Shown here piece by piece: positions 1-25,369 of a DNA stretch of 64,000 nt. The notes beneath the pieces were generated by a model. That model was not told the origin of the DNA. It was given only the letters and a program-made list of their open reading frames with translations, and did no database searches. This stretch comes from Amoebidium appalachense (taxonomy: Eukaryota > Protista > Ichthyosporea). Made by a program: the position numbers and the translations under genes. The number at the start of each line of letters is the position of its first letter. Positions within the stretch are counted from its first letter, which is position 1. Location: contig CAVNZM010000006.1 in NCBI GenBank assembly GCA_963693365.1, positions 4,815,264-4,879,263 of the forward strand, given 5' to 3'.

Positions 1-1190
1 TCTAGATGGCCGTGGTCATAGTGTAACTTGACTATCTCGAATCTTCAAAGTTGGTACAGAAGTAACTACGTGACTCAAACTGACCACACGTTAAGTTCAA
101 GTTAATGAGCATAGGTAGGGAAGGATTTTACAATAAACGGTATATACCGTCCTTACACGTGTCTGGAGCCGTCTGCAAGCATACTTACTCGACCTGCCTT
201 CTCTTGATCTGCCCCGTATGAATTTCCTCAACCACCCTCCTAAACTCCCCTTTCCCCGTCTCTTTGTGTGGAATTCCTATCCCCATTCTTCTCCTTCCAA
301 ATTCTGCTGCACTTGTGTTGTGCCGTTGTCACTTTGAACTTCGTATTCTTCGAATCGTAATTAACACACTCTACAGCCCATCCCTGTGTTTTATCTGTCA
401 TATATGTAATCATCGTTAAATGTGTATGTCACTTTGTATGACGTAACACATCCCCCCCCCCCCCCCCCCCCCCCCCCCTTCCCCCCAACCCCTTTTACAA
501 GCTGCCCCTCCCCTGCGGCCTACGTGCACAAACCCTTCTCACCATAACATTCTCTTTGCAAGACCTGTTAGCCCCAAGCCCGGGCACAATCAGGAAATTG
601 AACCGTGCAGTTGCCCCTGTAGTATTTCACATACCGGCATCTAAATCTCTTCACCTGCACCCACGCCGCACAAAGACAGACCAAGGCAACAAGGATACAG
701 TATGACATGTGTTTCGATCGTGCTCTAATCACACACACACGTACACACACGCATGCACACACACATCTGCACGCTCGCGCGCACGCGTATGGGCACACAG
801 AACCGACGTTACACTGTGCTTTTGGATGCAGGGGAGTTTGCCAATATCGTTACGGGTATATGTAAAAGAATGTTTGACTTACCTGATGACCGCACCCTAC
901 AGCAGTAAATCTCTGTAACATGACCGACTGGTAGGTTTTGTTTGTCAGATGATAAAAAATAAAGGTAAAAAAAGGCACCTTGAGTAGCTTTAGTGGGAAA
1001 AGTGGGTCAGCCAGTTTAACAAGTACTTTTTAGCCCTTACTAAATTAAATGATGTTATGTTCAAGTAATGATGTATGTAGTCGTGTATATGTTCAACTTA
1101 GTAAAGGTGTAATAAGTGACATTCAAAAGACTGTGTTGATTGCCTTGGGGATGGGGAGAGTATACGATTTAAAGGTGGTGTAGAGAATCC

Positions 1191-1375
1191 TCAATAGGGA
1201 AAAGTGATGGCATCCTTGTAGGGTTGTCCACAGACCGGGTTGAGGAAAACCGATATCATCATGTGCGTAATTCCGACCCCATTCTTCCGAAATTCGTCGT
1301 CGACAACTACAAGCACTTCCCTGTGAATGTCCCCATTATCGTTTGCGTTTACCGCACAGGGGCTCCGATCGATAG
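1191..1375 (-). CDS. Possible terminal exon of an unidentified gene (…IDRSPCAVNANDNGDIHREVLVVVDDEFRKNGVGITHMMISVFLNPVCGQPYKDAITFPY*)
   Basis: Non-repetitive open frame preceded on the minus strand by a C-rich tract and ccctag acceptor. Other complex islands at ~1700-2000 and ~2330-2560 may be upstream exons, but I could not build a consistent model and recognised no domain. Confidence 0.25.
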
Positions 1376-3231
1376 CTAGGGGGGAGGGAGCCTTGATCTC
1401 GAGGGGGATGGGTGGGTGGGGTGGAGTGGGGAAGCAATGCCAATAATAGCTGTAAGTGGAGCGCAGGTCGCTCCCCTCCGACGGATAGGGGAAAGGGCTT
1501 GAGGGGGGGAAGGGGGGGGGGAAGGGGGGAGGGTTTGGGAGGACGGGAGGTGCCACAGGGGATTCAAGAAGTGGCGGCGGGGGGGGGGGGGGGGGGGGGG
1601 GGGAAGGGGGAGGGGGGGGGGGGAGGGGAGGGGAGGGGGGGGGGGGGGGGGGACGGGGAGGAGGAAAGGGGTAAGTTGGAATGTCCTTTAGAGATTTACC
1701 GTATGGCCCTCCCAGTAGTGAGAATAATGCAGTTGCTTGACAGACATTCCCTCTCTTTCACCTTGCTGTGTGCCCTAGTGGGCCTGTAACTGCAGATTGC
1801 TCCCTGACTTTCTTTTTATAGGGCAACCTAGTCCCAATCAGCGTATAGGTTGTTTATGATGATAAGAGCCACTCTTTCGCTTGTGTCGGTCGTCCTGCAA
1901 ACCAGTTGCAACACAGTTGCATACACCAAACCAGCGACTGTAGCTTTCAAACGGTTGTGGCAACAATACCCCTCACACACGAGGCTAATGTGCATGTGGG
2001 CCTATAATAATAATTCCTTTAGGGCCTCTCTCAGATCACAGCTCTCGTCTATATCTTTCTCTCTCTTCCGCTCCCTTTCTGTCGCTTTCTTGATCTTCCT
2101 CCCCCTTCTCCCTCCCCTCCCCCCCCCCCCCCCCCCCTCTCCCTCCCCCCCCCCCCTCTCTCTCTCTCTCTCTCCCCCCCCCCCTCCACAATCTCCCTCA
2201 CTTCCAAACACACACACGTACACAGAGTATCTCAGGTATGAAGAAAGCAAGGTGATAAGCTATAAATCTACAAAAGTTAAGGCCCGACGCGTTATATATG
2301 TGTGTTCTGCAGCCCATCAATGACGCCGAAAAAGGAATACCTGGTGTACAAATGCGCATGCTCAGTATCAGCTGGCACTTGGTCAATACAATATTGTAAG
2401 TGAACGACGTGGCGGTGTCAAAGTTGTTCTGCATAGCATACAGTAAGAATCTGAAGATTACTAAAATGGGCAAAGATTTCATTGACGTCAGGGTTTGAAT
2501 TGGGAAAACCCTCAACTCGCCATCGGACTCGGCGTGGCCGGGTGCCCGGCCCAGCACCACCACATCATCCTCACCCCCTCCCCCCTTCCCCCTCCACCTG
2601 CCCCCCCCCTCCCCCCCCTTCCCCCCGAAGTCGCTGCGCTGTGTGCTGCTTTTTTTTTGGCGAAGAGCGCGCAGAGTGGTCTGAGTTAGTGACCGGTGGC
2701 CATAAAGAGGGAGGGGGGGAGAGAGGAGGCAAGGGGGGGGGGGGGAGGGGGGGGGGGGGGGGCATGTCAGATCATGAGGTGACCCTTTTCAAATAAACGT
2801 TAACACCACGCCAGAAAGACTTGTGCACTCAGAAGATTATTATATCCTGCCTATTGTCCCTAAGACTTGCTTAAATTGGATCAGTGGGATCATGAATGGT
2901 GTGGTGTGCCTATGCGTGAACGCCTGCGAGTGTGCGTGGTCATGCAACACGTGGTGAATGCACGGATATCACAGCCAGGACAAGTAACAGATGCAGTGAT
3001 ACAACTGCGCACGCAACCGGAGTAGGGTGCTTATCCCTCCGCCCCATCGTGTGAATGCACACGTGCCATTGACACGTCACCGTTTTGTGATGGTGTGCCA
3101 CGCTGGTTGTTGGTGGCGAAGCCAAGTGAGTGGTGCTGGTGGGAGTGTGAAGATGTGTGTGTGGGCGTGAGTGTGCGTGTGTGAGAGCGTGTGCATTTTT
3201 TTGTGTGTGTGGGAATGAAACTTCCGTTTCC

Positions 3232-3308
<77 letters not shown>

Positions 3309-3565
3309 TGGTGTTGGGGGAGAGGGGGGGGGGGGGGGGGTTGCAATCTCACACCAAAGCAGCCCCAAAGTGACGAATAGGAAGGCAGGTTCCATCCCCC
3401 CCCCCCCCCCCCCCCCCTCCCCCCTCCCACGACCAGCCCAATCGTTTTTGTTGATTATCACGAATTTCTCATTTGTAACCATTGGGCAATTTTTTATTTT
3501 TTTTTAACCGTTTCAGCCTTTTTCCTTTTTAAAAAGAAAAGCACTCGCAGGTAAAAAACACAAAG

Positions 3566-3701
3566 GGATAAAAGCACGGGAAATACCCCACAACCCCACC
3601 CCTTGCCACAAATTCGTAGCGATAGTATTGTATGCACAAGCTTGTATGTACAAGCTCCTGAACAAGCTAAAATACACACGGGATAAAAGCACGGAAAAAT
3701 G

Positions 3702-3737
<36 letters not shown>

Positions 3738-3776
3738 TTGTCACAATTTCGTAGCGATAGTATTGTATGCACAAGC
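3566..3776. repeat. Imperfect local direct duplication, second copy with an expanded C tract
   Basis: ggataaaagcacgg…ttcgtagcgatagtattgtatgcacaagc occurs at 3566-3641 and 3681-3776. Confidence 0.85.
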
Positions 3777-4013
3777 CGCCCAAACAAAGATACAGTGACT
3801 CCCATATACGAAATCATGTACATAGTTGGGAGGAAATAAAATTTACAACAGGAACAAGTACCTCCATCAATCATCGACCACATGTACATGTCTTACATAT
3901 GCAGTATTTACATAGTTCGCCCATCCTTTACCTACAAGCACACCCACCGTAGAGAACAACCATATGATATCTCAAACTATCTCATTATGAACAAGAGATT
4001 ACTGAACACATTA

Positions 4014-5771
4014 TTACTTCTTCTTCAGGCACTGTTTGCTCGCCTCAACGCACTGAAAACCGGTACCACACGGCGCCGTTCCCTTCACGCATTTCCCCGC
4101 CCTACACAACTCCTTCCCATCGCAGAAAACATTGTTCTGGCAATGCGCGTCCGTCGTACACCCGCCCAACCGAACCGTGCTCGCGCACTGTCCCGAAGCA
4201 GCAAGATATTTCTTAATCGCCGGGATAGTTTTAGCCGCGTCGAAATTATTCGCACCGGTGATATACGGATTCATGGTGTAAGTCGGGCAGTTACAGTGAT
4301 CCGCACCCCAACTATGACCCAACTCATGCGCGACAATGTCGGTCGAGTCGGTGATTACTTGCCCCGCATCCACCTGCGTAACGGCAAACGCGTAGTCTGT
4401 GCATACGGCGCGAACATAAGCCAAACCCAAAACCCCATCGTTCATGTTTTTTCCGGTCATAAAAATCACCACGTCGTTTTTCACCGCCGTGTTGGCCGAC
4501 CACGCCGCCATCACCTCATCTAACATAACATCGCAGTCCCTGGATTTATACGCTGGCGTACGCGCCGTTCGAACCTGAATTTTCGCGATTAGGTGTGTGA
4601 TGCCGAGCTGTCTCTGGTACTGTTGGTTCACCGTACCAACAATCTGTTGCACTTTTCTCGTAACGGATGCGACGGATTTACCCCAGGCAAGGAAAAATTC
4701 ATAATCGGTATCCACAACCAATCTCACTGCCCGCACCGTCTGCCCAACGGGTGTAGTCGCGGCGCGTCTCCTAGAAACTTTCATATTCCTTTCCACTTTC
4801 GTCGCAATTTCGTCAATCGTGAGATCGCCCGTAATCGGATTGCGAACATAAACGACGGTTTCGTTTTTACCCCTATGTTGAGCCCCGGCCGGCACCTGTC
4901 GGGTCTGATCTTTCATTGGCTTTCCGCGAAGCGCCGGGGTGTTAATAGAACTCGGTCTCATATCCTTCCTATTAATAGATGCGAGTTCGTTATCCTTCCC
5001 GAGCACGTTTCCTTTAACGCTCGAGGCGATGATATCGGTGTTGGTATCGGGGTTGATTGCACGCAACGTCTCCACGTTTAAAGAATTAGCGCTCAGCTGC
5101 GCCATTACGCTTGTGCCTGGCTGGTTTGATATCGTGCCAAAAAAAATGTCGTTTGGTGGTGCCTGGGCCTGTCTCTCGTTACCATCTTCACCGATTTCAG
5201 TGACTGTGAAATCCGGGGTGCGAATGGATGCTCTTTCGAGAAGGACATCTACTGGTTGACCGTTTAGACCTGTAAAGGCGGGGGAAATGTAAGTTAGCGC
5301 CCATATATCATGAACTTTGCACTGTGGTGTTTAGCATGATGTATGCACAGGCAGATGCGCAGCGCACACCACAAATTGGTGCGCCTTTGTGCATGCTTGT
5401 GCGTGCCAGTGTGTGTACATGTGTGTGCGCACCGTGTCATCCCATGCCATTGTGTTTGTGTGTGTGTTTGTGCGTGTGTGTTAAATCATTATGACGAACA
5501 TGTACGCGCGTTGCGATATGATGCGTTTAAGTGCATTTGCATGTGAGACCCAGCACAAGCAGCTTTCATTTGACATGCTGGTTCCCTACCAAAGTCATCG
5601 ATTAATTTTGGCATACTATATTAGAGCATAATCTATAGAGTATTCTTGTGGCCGTTTAAAAAAAAAAAAAGGTCGGGTTAGATGAAAACAAAGCAACCGG
5701 GCCGGTTGTGCCGTGTCAAAGTTTTCTTTTGAACAGTGCCACTGGATGGAAGGGGTGAACGGTGCGGAGGT

Positions 5772-5842
<71 letters not shown>

Positions 5843-6220
5843 TGGTGGTGGTGGCGGGGTGGGGTGGGGTGGGTGGGTGGGTGGGGGGGGGGGGCGGGGG
5901 GGCCGGGGGGATGGGGTGGGTGGGTGCATGGGTGGGTGGGGGGGGGGGGGGGGGGGGGGGGGGGGAGGAGGGGGGGGGAGGGGGGGGGAGGGGGAAGAGC
6001 ACATACGAGTTTTGAGCGAGTACCCAGCCGCCTGTGGTGTGAGGCTAGCAGTAGCGATGGAGGGGCGTGCTTTCAAACCCTGCTGCACCATAAGTTGTCC
6101 TGCAAGAAGTGCCTGCCGCACAGAGTCGGTGGCGGTGACTATTGCCGCAGTGAGTCCCTGCGCCGTGGCAGGCGTTGTGCTCATTGCTACTAGCAGTGGT
6201 GTTGCGATAATCAACTTCAT
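4014..6220 (-). CDS. Secreted zinc metallopeptidase, metzincin M12B/reprolysin-like, ~489 aa; exons 6220-6007 and 5269-4014
   Basis: Signal-like N-terminus MKLIIATPLLVAM. A phase-1 GT-AG intron joins the frames (…YSLKT-R-LNGQPVDV…). Contains LVVDTDYEFF, zinc motif HELGHSWGADH, Met-turn YTMNP and a Cys-rich C-terminus. Confidence 0.9.
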
Positions 6221-7960
6221 TTTCACTGCAGTTGTGTGAATTGGCGTATGTAATTTATATTGTCAGAGTGCGAGAGATGAATAGTTTTGTATTGTCCAGA
6301 TTGTTGTATGGCGAGGATGGGATGCAAGGGCTCGTGTGTTGGCCGATAAATCACTCTGATCTGATGTGTTCAGATCTTTCAGGCTAGTAAGGTTTTGGTG
6401 GGGCCTTTTTGAATTTGCTCGTTGCCAGCTCTCGTTGCCAGCTGTTTTACGTCGTTCATCAAGCTTGATCCACGTCAAACAAAGCATGGTGAAATGATAA
6501 TTTGCCTATACACTCTGAGCATGCCCGCGTATAAGATGCACATTCCAGAGAGATAAGACACGGCCAAGACGTGACTCGGGTGACGGGTCGGAGTCGAGCC
6601 GGATATAACAATATGCATGTCGGATTGCCGATACTCTGCTTTTTAAAAAAATATGAGAAGGAAAGAACACCAAATAAAGCAATTTCATAAATCTTCAAGC
6701 ACTATCTGCTTACTACAGTGCAGTTATACTACATAACTCCACGACGTCCACGTGTTTCTTTTGTTGGGGAGAATGGAATCTCTCCAATAATCACTAATAA
6801 TAAGTTTATAAATAAACCGTCTCCGATTGGTTAAAATCGAATCTCGCAAGGACAAGAATGCTCTCCCTATACTCCATATTATCGGTGAGTTTATTCCTTC
6901 AAGTTGACTCGAAGGTTCAAAACTTTCAAGAATGAATCGGCCGCTCCATACCGTAGAGCCATCGATATTGTCAGATATTCCGACTTGAATAAAGGGAAGA
7001 GAGGGAAGTCTCTTCGTTATACTAAAATTAGTCTACAGAGATTTAGTTAAAATATCCTTTATTAATTGGTAACGACAGATGTACCTAGGCCTATGGATTA
7101 ATCTGGTGAGCACAACATTCACCATATGTACATGTAGATCTCAGTTGCCAACGTACGGGAAGGTGTGCGGCGGCAGTGACTTTCGAAATTTCAGGAAAGA
7201 GGGTAAAAGGACAGTAAAACGCAGTAAAAGGCAATCAGGAATTTTTCTCCGATTAGATGCACTGGATTGGAATGTCAATTGGAAAGATTTCATTATTAAA
7301 ACTAGCTGTTGACTTTGACTTACACATTGCAAATAAAAAAGAAGGTTAACATAATACGCGGATGCTTTGTCAAGGCACAGATGAATATGCACCATTATAG
7401 ACGTGCATTTGATATCATTTCTTAAAGCCCACGGATCATCGGATGATCATATATCGATTGCCCGATAAACGTTAACTTGGAATTCGCTCATCTAAATAAT
7501 CCTTCTGCCATGATCATGATATGTTTCGCCATGCCTATACATTTATCTTGCTAATATATATTGGCGCCTAATAAATGTTGTGAGAATAGACCATAGCATA
7601 CATTATTCATAACATTTGGTTGCGTATGCTCAACAAACACGCCCTTTCAAAATAGTCGTGAAACCGAGCATCGACATCTTCGTTTTAAACCAGCCAGCAC
7701 CCACATGCCAGGAGCAAGGTGACTCCTGAAGTATTTAGATTTACGTCACACTTAGATAGACAGAAATTAAAGCCGCAGTTGGGTATTACTTTCGATGCAA
7801 CTTACAGTACTAATGTTAGCGGTCAGAAATACTTAGATATATTAATGTTTATGTAATAATAGTTAGTCCTATAGCTATGGCAGACAGGACGTCGATGTGC
7901 TCATGCATGCATCCTGCGCATGCATGCCACGGACATGTTCAAAATAGATAGATATATATC

Positions 7961-9080
7961 GGGGTTTACGCTGTTTACTCGAGGCAAAGAGAAACCAGTC
8001 TCAGGTATGGGGGGGTTTTTGCTCGGAATATCCCCTCAGCGGTATATCATGATCACGTACATAGATGTCGGGTGATGACTATATATCAGGTTATAACGAG
8101 ATAAGGAATGTAACATTTTATCTCTGCGATATCCGAAGGCTTTATAAAAATTCGTGGATAAGCATGGACCCCCTCTGCCCCCCCCCCCCCCCCCCCCTCC
8201 CCCCCCAACCCCCTCCCCCCCCCAACCCCCTCCCCCCCCCCCCCCCCCCGCTCGAGATCCTCCCCTGATCATGCATGAGTCCCCTCCCGGCCCCCCACGC
8301 ACAATTGAGTACACGTACACGTGCACACTCACAGCCTGTGACTACATGCACTCAACCGCATTGCCGCATGCCCAATGCAAACGCAGACTGTGTACCGTCT
8401 TGTCGACATCCGTGCAAAAATCCCCCTCCACGTGTCGGTGCAACGTGACCGTGGTGGTGCTATATTATATCACTAGTAAGTAGGGTGGTATACAGCCCCG
8501 CCGTTGGCGGGGCGTTCTAAGAAACTTGGCACAGAATAATGGAACAGTAAGCCATATAATTAAGCTTAATTGTGCTGGTGGACAACATTATAATTAAATA
8601 CAGTATACCTATAGATATGTACTCCATTAGAAAAATACCGTATACGACGTACATGTACAGGCCCGATTCACCTGCTAGCGCTGCGCACTTTGAATTCGAG
8701 GAATCGCGTGACCCGTGCACGCACGTGTGACGTGTCACCTGAATTCGAGGAATCGCGTGACCCGTGCACGCACGTGTGACGTGTCACCTCTGCAGTTGCA
8801 GGGCACGAAGTAGCTTAGCTGCACAGCCAGCTGATACCGAGTGTCCCAGGGGAGCCCCTAAAAAAAAAACAAAAAAAAACAAAAAAAAAAAAAACGGGGA
8901 ACCCCAACTAATTGATTTCTCTTTGTAGTCTTTATGGTGTCTCGTAGAGAAAGTAAACCCTGATATATAGTCATCACCCAACATCTATGTACGTGATCAT
9001 GATATACCGCTGAGGGGATATTCCGAGCAAACATACCTGAGACTGGTTTCTCTTTGCCAAGAGTAAACAGCGTAAACCCC
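7961..9080. mobile_element. Non-autonomous DNA-transposon-like element with ~130 bp terminal inverted repeats
   Basis: 7961-8091 (ggggtttacgctgtttactc…gatgactatatatcagg) is the near-exact reverse complement of ~8959-9080. No coding capacity; no clear target-site duplication. Confidence 0.75.
8691..8788. repeat. Perfect 49-bp tandem duplication inside the inverted-repeat element
   Basis: tgaattcgaggaatcgcgtgacccgtgcacgcacgtgtgacgtgtcacc at 8691-8739 and 8740-8788. Confidence 0.95.
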
Positions 9081-9400
9081 TGCATGACTTCCGGCTTACC
9101 CTGAAGAAGCCAAAGCCCCGAAACGCATCTATACCTTTGTGAGTTTGATTATGGCATTCAAAATGCTAGCGACAAAGAAAGGCCCGACTATCTCGATACG
9201 AAAACTTTAAAAGGATGATTATACGCTTTCTAAGGCTGAGGCTTGGGGCAAAAAAAAAACATCCGTACGGTCCTAACAATTCTCAATATTTCACACCCTG
9301 GTCACGCACACATGCATGCAAACATGTCTGCCCGCGGCCGAGCCCAATTTGTCATCAAATTGTAGTACAGCATGACATGAAGGCAGGCCCCGGAAGCGCA

Positions 9401-20254
<10,854 letters not shown>

Positions 20255-21101
20255 TTTCTTCCTCGAAAAAACAGGTGATGCAAATGCTGTTTCAAGTTCT
20301 GTTTTTATGGTCGTGTTAACGTGTACCGTCCAGGCAGTGGTTCATGTTGTTAGGCTTAACTCTTTAAGCTGTGTCTTTTGGCCTGTGAACTTCTTAGCAG
20401 TAATTAAGCAAGGTATGTAATATAGTCGCGAATATGAGAAACGTCCACTATATCCGTAATCCCCTTCCCCGCATATATTCAAAATTTTGTTAGTTGATTT
20501 CCTGGAACATGGGCAACAGGCTCAATCAGGAGATTCAGAGCCTCCAAAGCAATATGTCATGTGTATACAGCTATTCTTTTTCGTAAGTAATAACGGGAAG
20601 TTGAGATACACATGCTTATATAAACATCGAAAGTTGGTAAACATGTATACCACACTAATATGGTGGTATTATACTTCGACAGCTACTCGGAATACTCGTG
20701 TATCGCATGCATAAACAGAATACAGCTACTCGTGTATTGCATGCATAAACAGAATTTTGTTGACATATTCATTAGGATAAATGATGGTCCGGCGAAAATA
20801 CCACAATATGGATGGTTGTGATTGGCGGAAGGTCATTGATGTTATTGAATAGTCAGGTTCAAAGAAGTGAATGTATACATGCATATACATCGTCTTAGCA
20901 TGTCTTACCATGGTAGCAATAGCAAAAAACAAAAAAATGATAAAAATAATTTATTTGCATGAAATTTGTCGCTTGTTTTAATGATGTATTGAAATTAGTA
21001 TCTGGACTTGAAATATCCATAGTTAATAGATTATAGAGACTAATAGAGAGAGATACTTATTTGTTAAATATCATGCATACGAGTAATCCACGTACCGTTC
21101 G

Positions 21102-21419
21102 CAGGGCTATGAAGGCAAACGTAGCGGATTGCAGGCTTCGCGGTCCCGCGGACCTTGTGATCATAATTTATTCATATACCTGCATAACTCATCGCATATA
21201 TCTGGAGAATTTTTAACACTAGTAATGAATACCTAAGAAAAATTCTGCTAAAAGTACTTTTTGAGGTCTCCATGGGGAAAACATTCACTAGCTCCAGAAT
21301 GCATAGAAAATTGCGTATGCCCATCATGGCACCTACCCTCCTTACAAATAGTTGAACTTGTAGAGCACTTCTTGGATTGGAATCGTCGGGTGCCTATGTC
21401 GCAAACTTTCATGACCCTG
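21102..21419. mobile_element. Possible MITE
   Basis: cagggctatgaagg versus the reverse complement of ctttcatgaccctg (11/14 match); TCG flanks both sides. Weak. Confidence 0.3.
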
Positions 21420-21758
21420 TCGGACTACTAAAATAATCGAACATAACTCGATTTAACGGGTTTATGCATAACGGATACTCTAAATTTTACAAGGAAAAGT
21501 TTTCATTTGATCACAAATTTACATATACATATAATCGCAGTTTCCTACCCTGCACAAGTCCGCGTGTTAATAACCAATAAGGGCAGGAAAACAAAGAGCA
21601 ACCAATAGGAACAGCGATAGGTCATGGCTTTTTGTATCGACCAATCATATCAAAGCAATTTAAAGACATATAAGGGGCACTTCTGAAAATTTTTGTCAGA
21701 TTTCGCCTTGAACACGTGGAAAGGTTCGACACCCGCTGATTTTCTCCCTTTCCTCCCG

Positions 21759-21794
<36 letters not shown>

Positions 21795-23085
21795 TTTCCC
21801 CCACCCTTCCCCATGTAAGATATGTTGTTATTGCATGTGAAATGTGATTTTATTTTGTGTTGTACGAACAGTTTATTGAGTACGTATTCAATCAATGTGC
21901 GTATGGTTGCTTTGCCTTCTAATCGACAACTGTATGTACGCCTGAGGCTTCTTCCGTTTCTTTTGTGCCATGTAAAATAAGGTATTTTTCACACGCTCTA
22001 AAACGGCGCCACCCAAGTAAATGTACCTAGTATATGAAATATTCAGCCTAAATAATATATGTGCTAAATGGTTTCAACTTCTGTACCTCCTCCCCCCTGG
22101 CATACCTGTTACAGAAGAAATAAAGCAGAAAGAAGGAAAGCAGAATCCAACGTTTAAACCCAACCACACGTGTTATTGTTCAGAAATCTGCGTTCTCCCT
22201 CTCCCCCGTCATCTTGTCTTTGAATATGCCCTTTGTTTTCTCCTCTGTTTCCTTTTTTTCTCCACTTTTCTGCCTTCTTTTACACAACTTATGCAAACGA
22301 AAATGGTTCTTCTTTTTACTTATTCTAGGCCTTTGCTGGTATGAAATTAGCACGCCCGCAAACATTCGCTCAGAAAGCCTTTACGTTCCAAACCTTATGA
22401 AGACAAAAACCTGTTGTCCCTTCTTATACTTTTTTTGTGTTCAACTCTATTCCTGTTGGGTCACATTTGACCGTTTCGCTCAGCTGCAGGCCTCCCTGTG
22501 TTGTGCACAAACACGACGGCACAAGAGTGCCCTTGTGCTGTTTTTCCCACTTTACTTACCTCCTTCTCCCATTTTCTCTCCGTCTTCACATCTTCGTCCA
22601 CACCCCTGGATTCCTTTTTCACTAACCCCACTAGCACTTTTATGGCAGGAATTTATTTGAACCCTTCCCTCCTCCCTAGCTTTCTCGCTTTCTCACTCCT
22701 CCCTCACCCCCTTCGTCCTCCTTCCATTCGGTCCTCCCGTCCCTCGTCTCTCCCTGCCTCAATTCCCCGTCCCTTCCTCATTCCGTTTCTCACTCCCTTT
22801 CCCACCACCCTTTCCCGAGCCCCCCGGGCCCCTCCCCTTCCCCTCCTAATCTACTCTCCCTCCCCACTATCTCCATTCATGTTCTGCAACAACCACTTTC
22901 TCTCCCATAGGCTCTCTTTTATCTATTAACTCTTTTTAATTGACTCTTTCCTTCCTACGTCCATTCAGTAGTGTTTTCTCATCCCGTCTTGCTCCTACCT
23001 CCCATGAACACCCCCACGGTCACCATCTCACTCACTGATTCACTGGTGGATAACTAGCAAAACTCACTCGCTGCCCTCCTCCCCC

Positions 23086-23120
<35 letters not shown>

Positions 23121-23151
23121 CGTCCTCCACCCCCCTTCTCCCCCCAACCCC

Positions 23152-23186
<35 letters not shown>

Positions 23187-23193
23187 CAGCACC

Positions 23194-23293
23194 ATGCTGT
23201 CCAGCAGATTCCAGCGTGTGGCTGCCGGCCTTGTTGCCGGGGGCAGTGCCCTCTACATGGCCCGTTCCTTCAAGAACCAAACCGCTATGGTAC

Positions 23294-23330
<37 letters not shown>

Positions 23331-23749
23331 ACACACACACACCCTTCATCCCCTTCCTCCCTCCCCCCCCCCCCCCCCCCCTACCCCCCCCTCCTCCCCC
23401 CCCCCTCTCCCCCTCCACCCTTTCTCTCAAGCCCCTCCCTCCCTCTCCAACCCACCACAGCCCTTCCTCCCCTGCCTTCGTCGGCGCCCCCTCCCCCCCC
23501 CCCCTCCACCCCCTCTCTCCTCCCGTCCCCCCCCCCCCCCCCCTCCGCTCTCTCCCACTCTCCTCCCCCCCCCCCCCTTCAGTCTTCCCCTTACCCCTTT
23601 TATGGTAATGCCCTGTATGTTTTTTATTTTTCGTGTGCTCTTATTCGTCACTCCCCCCACCCCCCCCCCTCCCCCCTCCCCCCTCCGGTTTTTTTATATC
23701 CACCCTGGTCCACCATCACTCGCTCTTGCTCACCATTCTCTCTTGTACA

Positions 23750-23781
<32 letters not shown>

Positions 23782-24235
23782 CCCCCGCCCCCCCCCCCTT
23801 CCCCGCTCCCCTCTTCCAAATGAGCCCCTGACAACCTCCTGACGATGTCCTCACACTCCCTAATACTCCGATATATCCTTCCTTTTTTTGCCCACCAACA
23901 CCCCAGACCCCCCATACTTCACACAGCCCCTACACCCCATACACCCTACACCCGTACTTTTGCCTTTACCGTGCTGGTGCACTCAGTATGCTGCTTTTCT
24001 ACGACTTCTCGCCCCCTCTCCCCCTCCCCCCCCCCCCCCCCCCCCTCCCCCCCCCCCCCCCCCACACACACGCACCAGAAAAAGAAAAGGGAATGTGCGC
24101 GTACACACACGCGCGCACACACACACACACCACCACCACCATCTAAGTGGCCACACTCGTAACACATATTCCCTATATACTGCTGCGTTTCATTTTTGGC
24201 ACATTGCTTTACTGCTTACCGAAGGTAACTCTCCC

Positions 24236-24283
<48 letters not shown>

Positions 24284-25202
24284 CTCGCTCTCGCACTCTC
24301 TATATCTCTTGCTCTCTCTCCCCCCCCCCCCCCCTTCTCTCTCTCTCCTCCCCCTCCTCCTCCTCTCTCCTTCTCCCTCTCTTTCCCCTCCCCCTCCCGC
24401 TCCCCCCCCCCCCCCCCCCCCCCAAACACGCACACACACGCACACGCACACACACACACACACACACCCACACACCCCTACTCTTTTAGGCCAAGTCCGA
24501 TGCACCAGCCCCTGCCGGTGGTCTTGATCCCACCCAGTTCAAGCCCTTCGAAGTTTCCGAAATCCAGGTAAAAAAAATGAGAACAACCCCCTCCCCCCCC
24601 CCCCCCCCCCCCCCCCCCTCCCTCCCTCCCCCCTCCCCACCTTCCCCCCCCCCCCCCCCCCCCCCTTTCTGCCTGGTTCACCCTCCCCTCTCCCCCCCTC
24701 TCACCTCCACTGCACTTTTCGTTTGCAAATCTTCCCGTGTTTTTTCCGTTCGTGAATGTGTTCTTCGTGTTCGCGAAAAACACATTCAGGCATCCCCCCC
24801 CCCCCCCTCCTCTACACACACACACACAGCACACAGATACACAGATACACAGATACACAGATAGAGATGGTTGGAGTATATTCAAGTAGGCTTAAGGCTG
24901 TGCGTGTGTGTTGGGCAAGGGAAGAGATGGTGGTAGACAGGGTAGAGGAAGTGGGAGGGGAGGAGAGCTGTTTTTATTTTATTTTTTTTATTTTATTTTA
25001 TTTATTTTTTTTTTTTTTGGGGGGGGGGGGGGGGGGGATGCCCGACTCTGGCGACATCTTGCTGTGACCACCTTATGCACATCGCTCAAAGTGACGCGCG
25101 CGCACACACACACACACATTTACATCCACACTCGCGCACACACACCCACACACACACACACATTCACCCTCACGCACTCATACACATTCACACTAACCCA
25201 TT

Positions 25203-25250
<48 letters not shown>

Positions 25251-25322
25251 CTGACCCACGACACCAAGCTGTATCGGTTCAGGCTCGATACCCCCGACAC
25301 CCCTCTGGGTATCACCGTGGCC

Positions 25323-25369
<47 letters not shown>

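Noticed and set aside
3882-5259. Plus-strand ORFs overlapping the peptidase (and similar antisense ORFs over pyruvate kinase and the RT)
   Set aside because: Antisense shadows of real coding sequence with no recognisable motifs.
9098-9135. ctgaagaagccaaagccccgaaacgc resembling a minimal type I hammerhead
   Set aside because: Stem II is out of register with GAAA, no stem III/NUH or stem I can be formed, and there is no second copy in the window.
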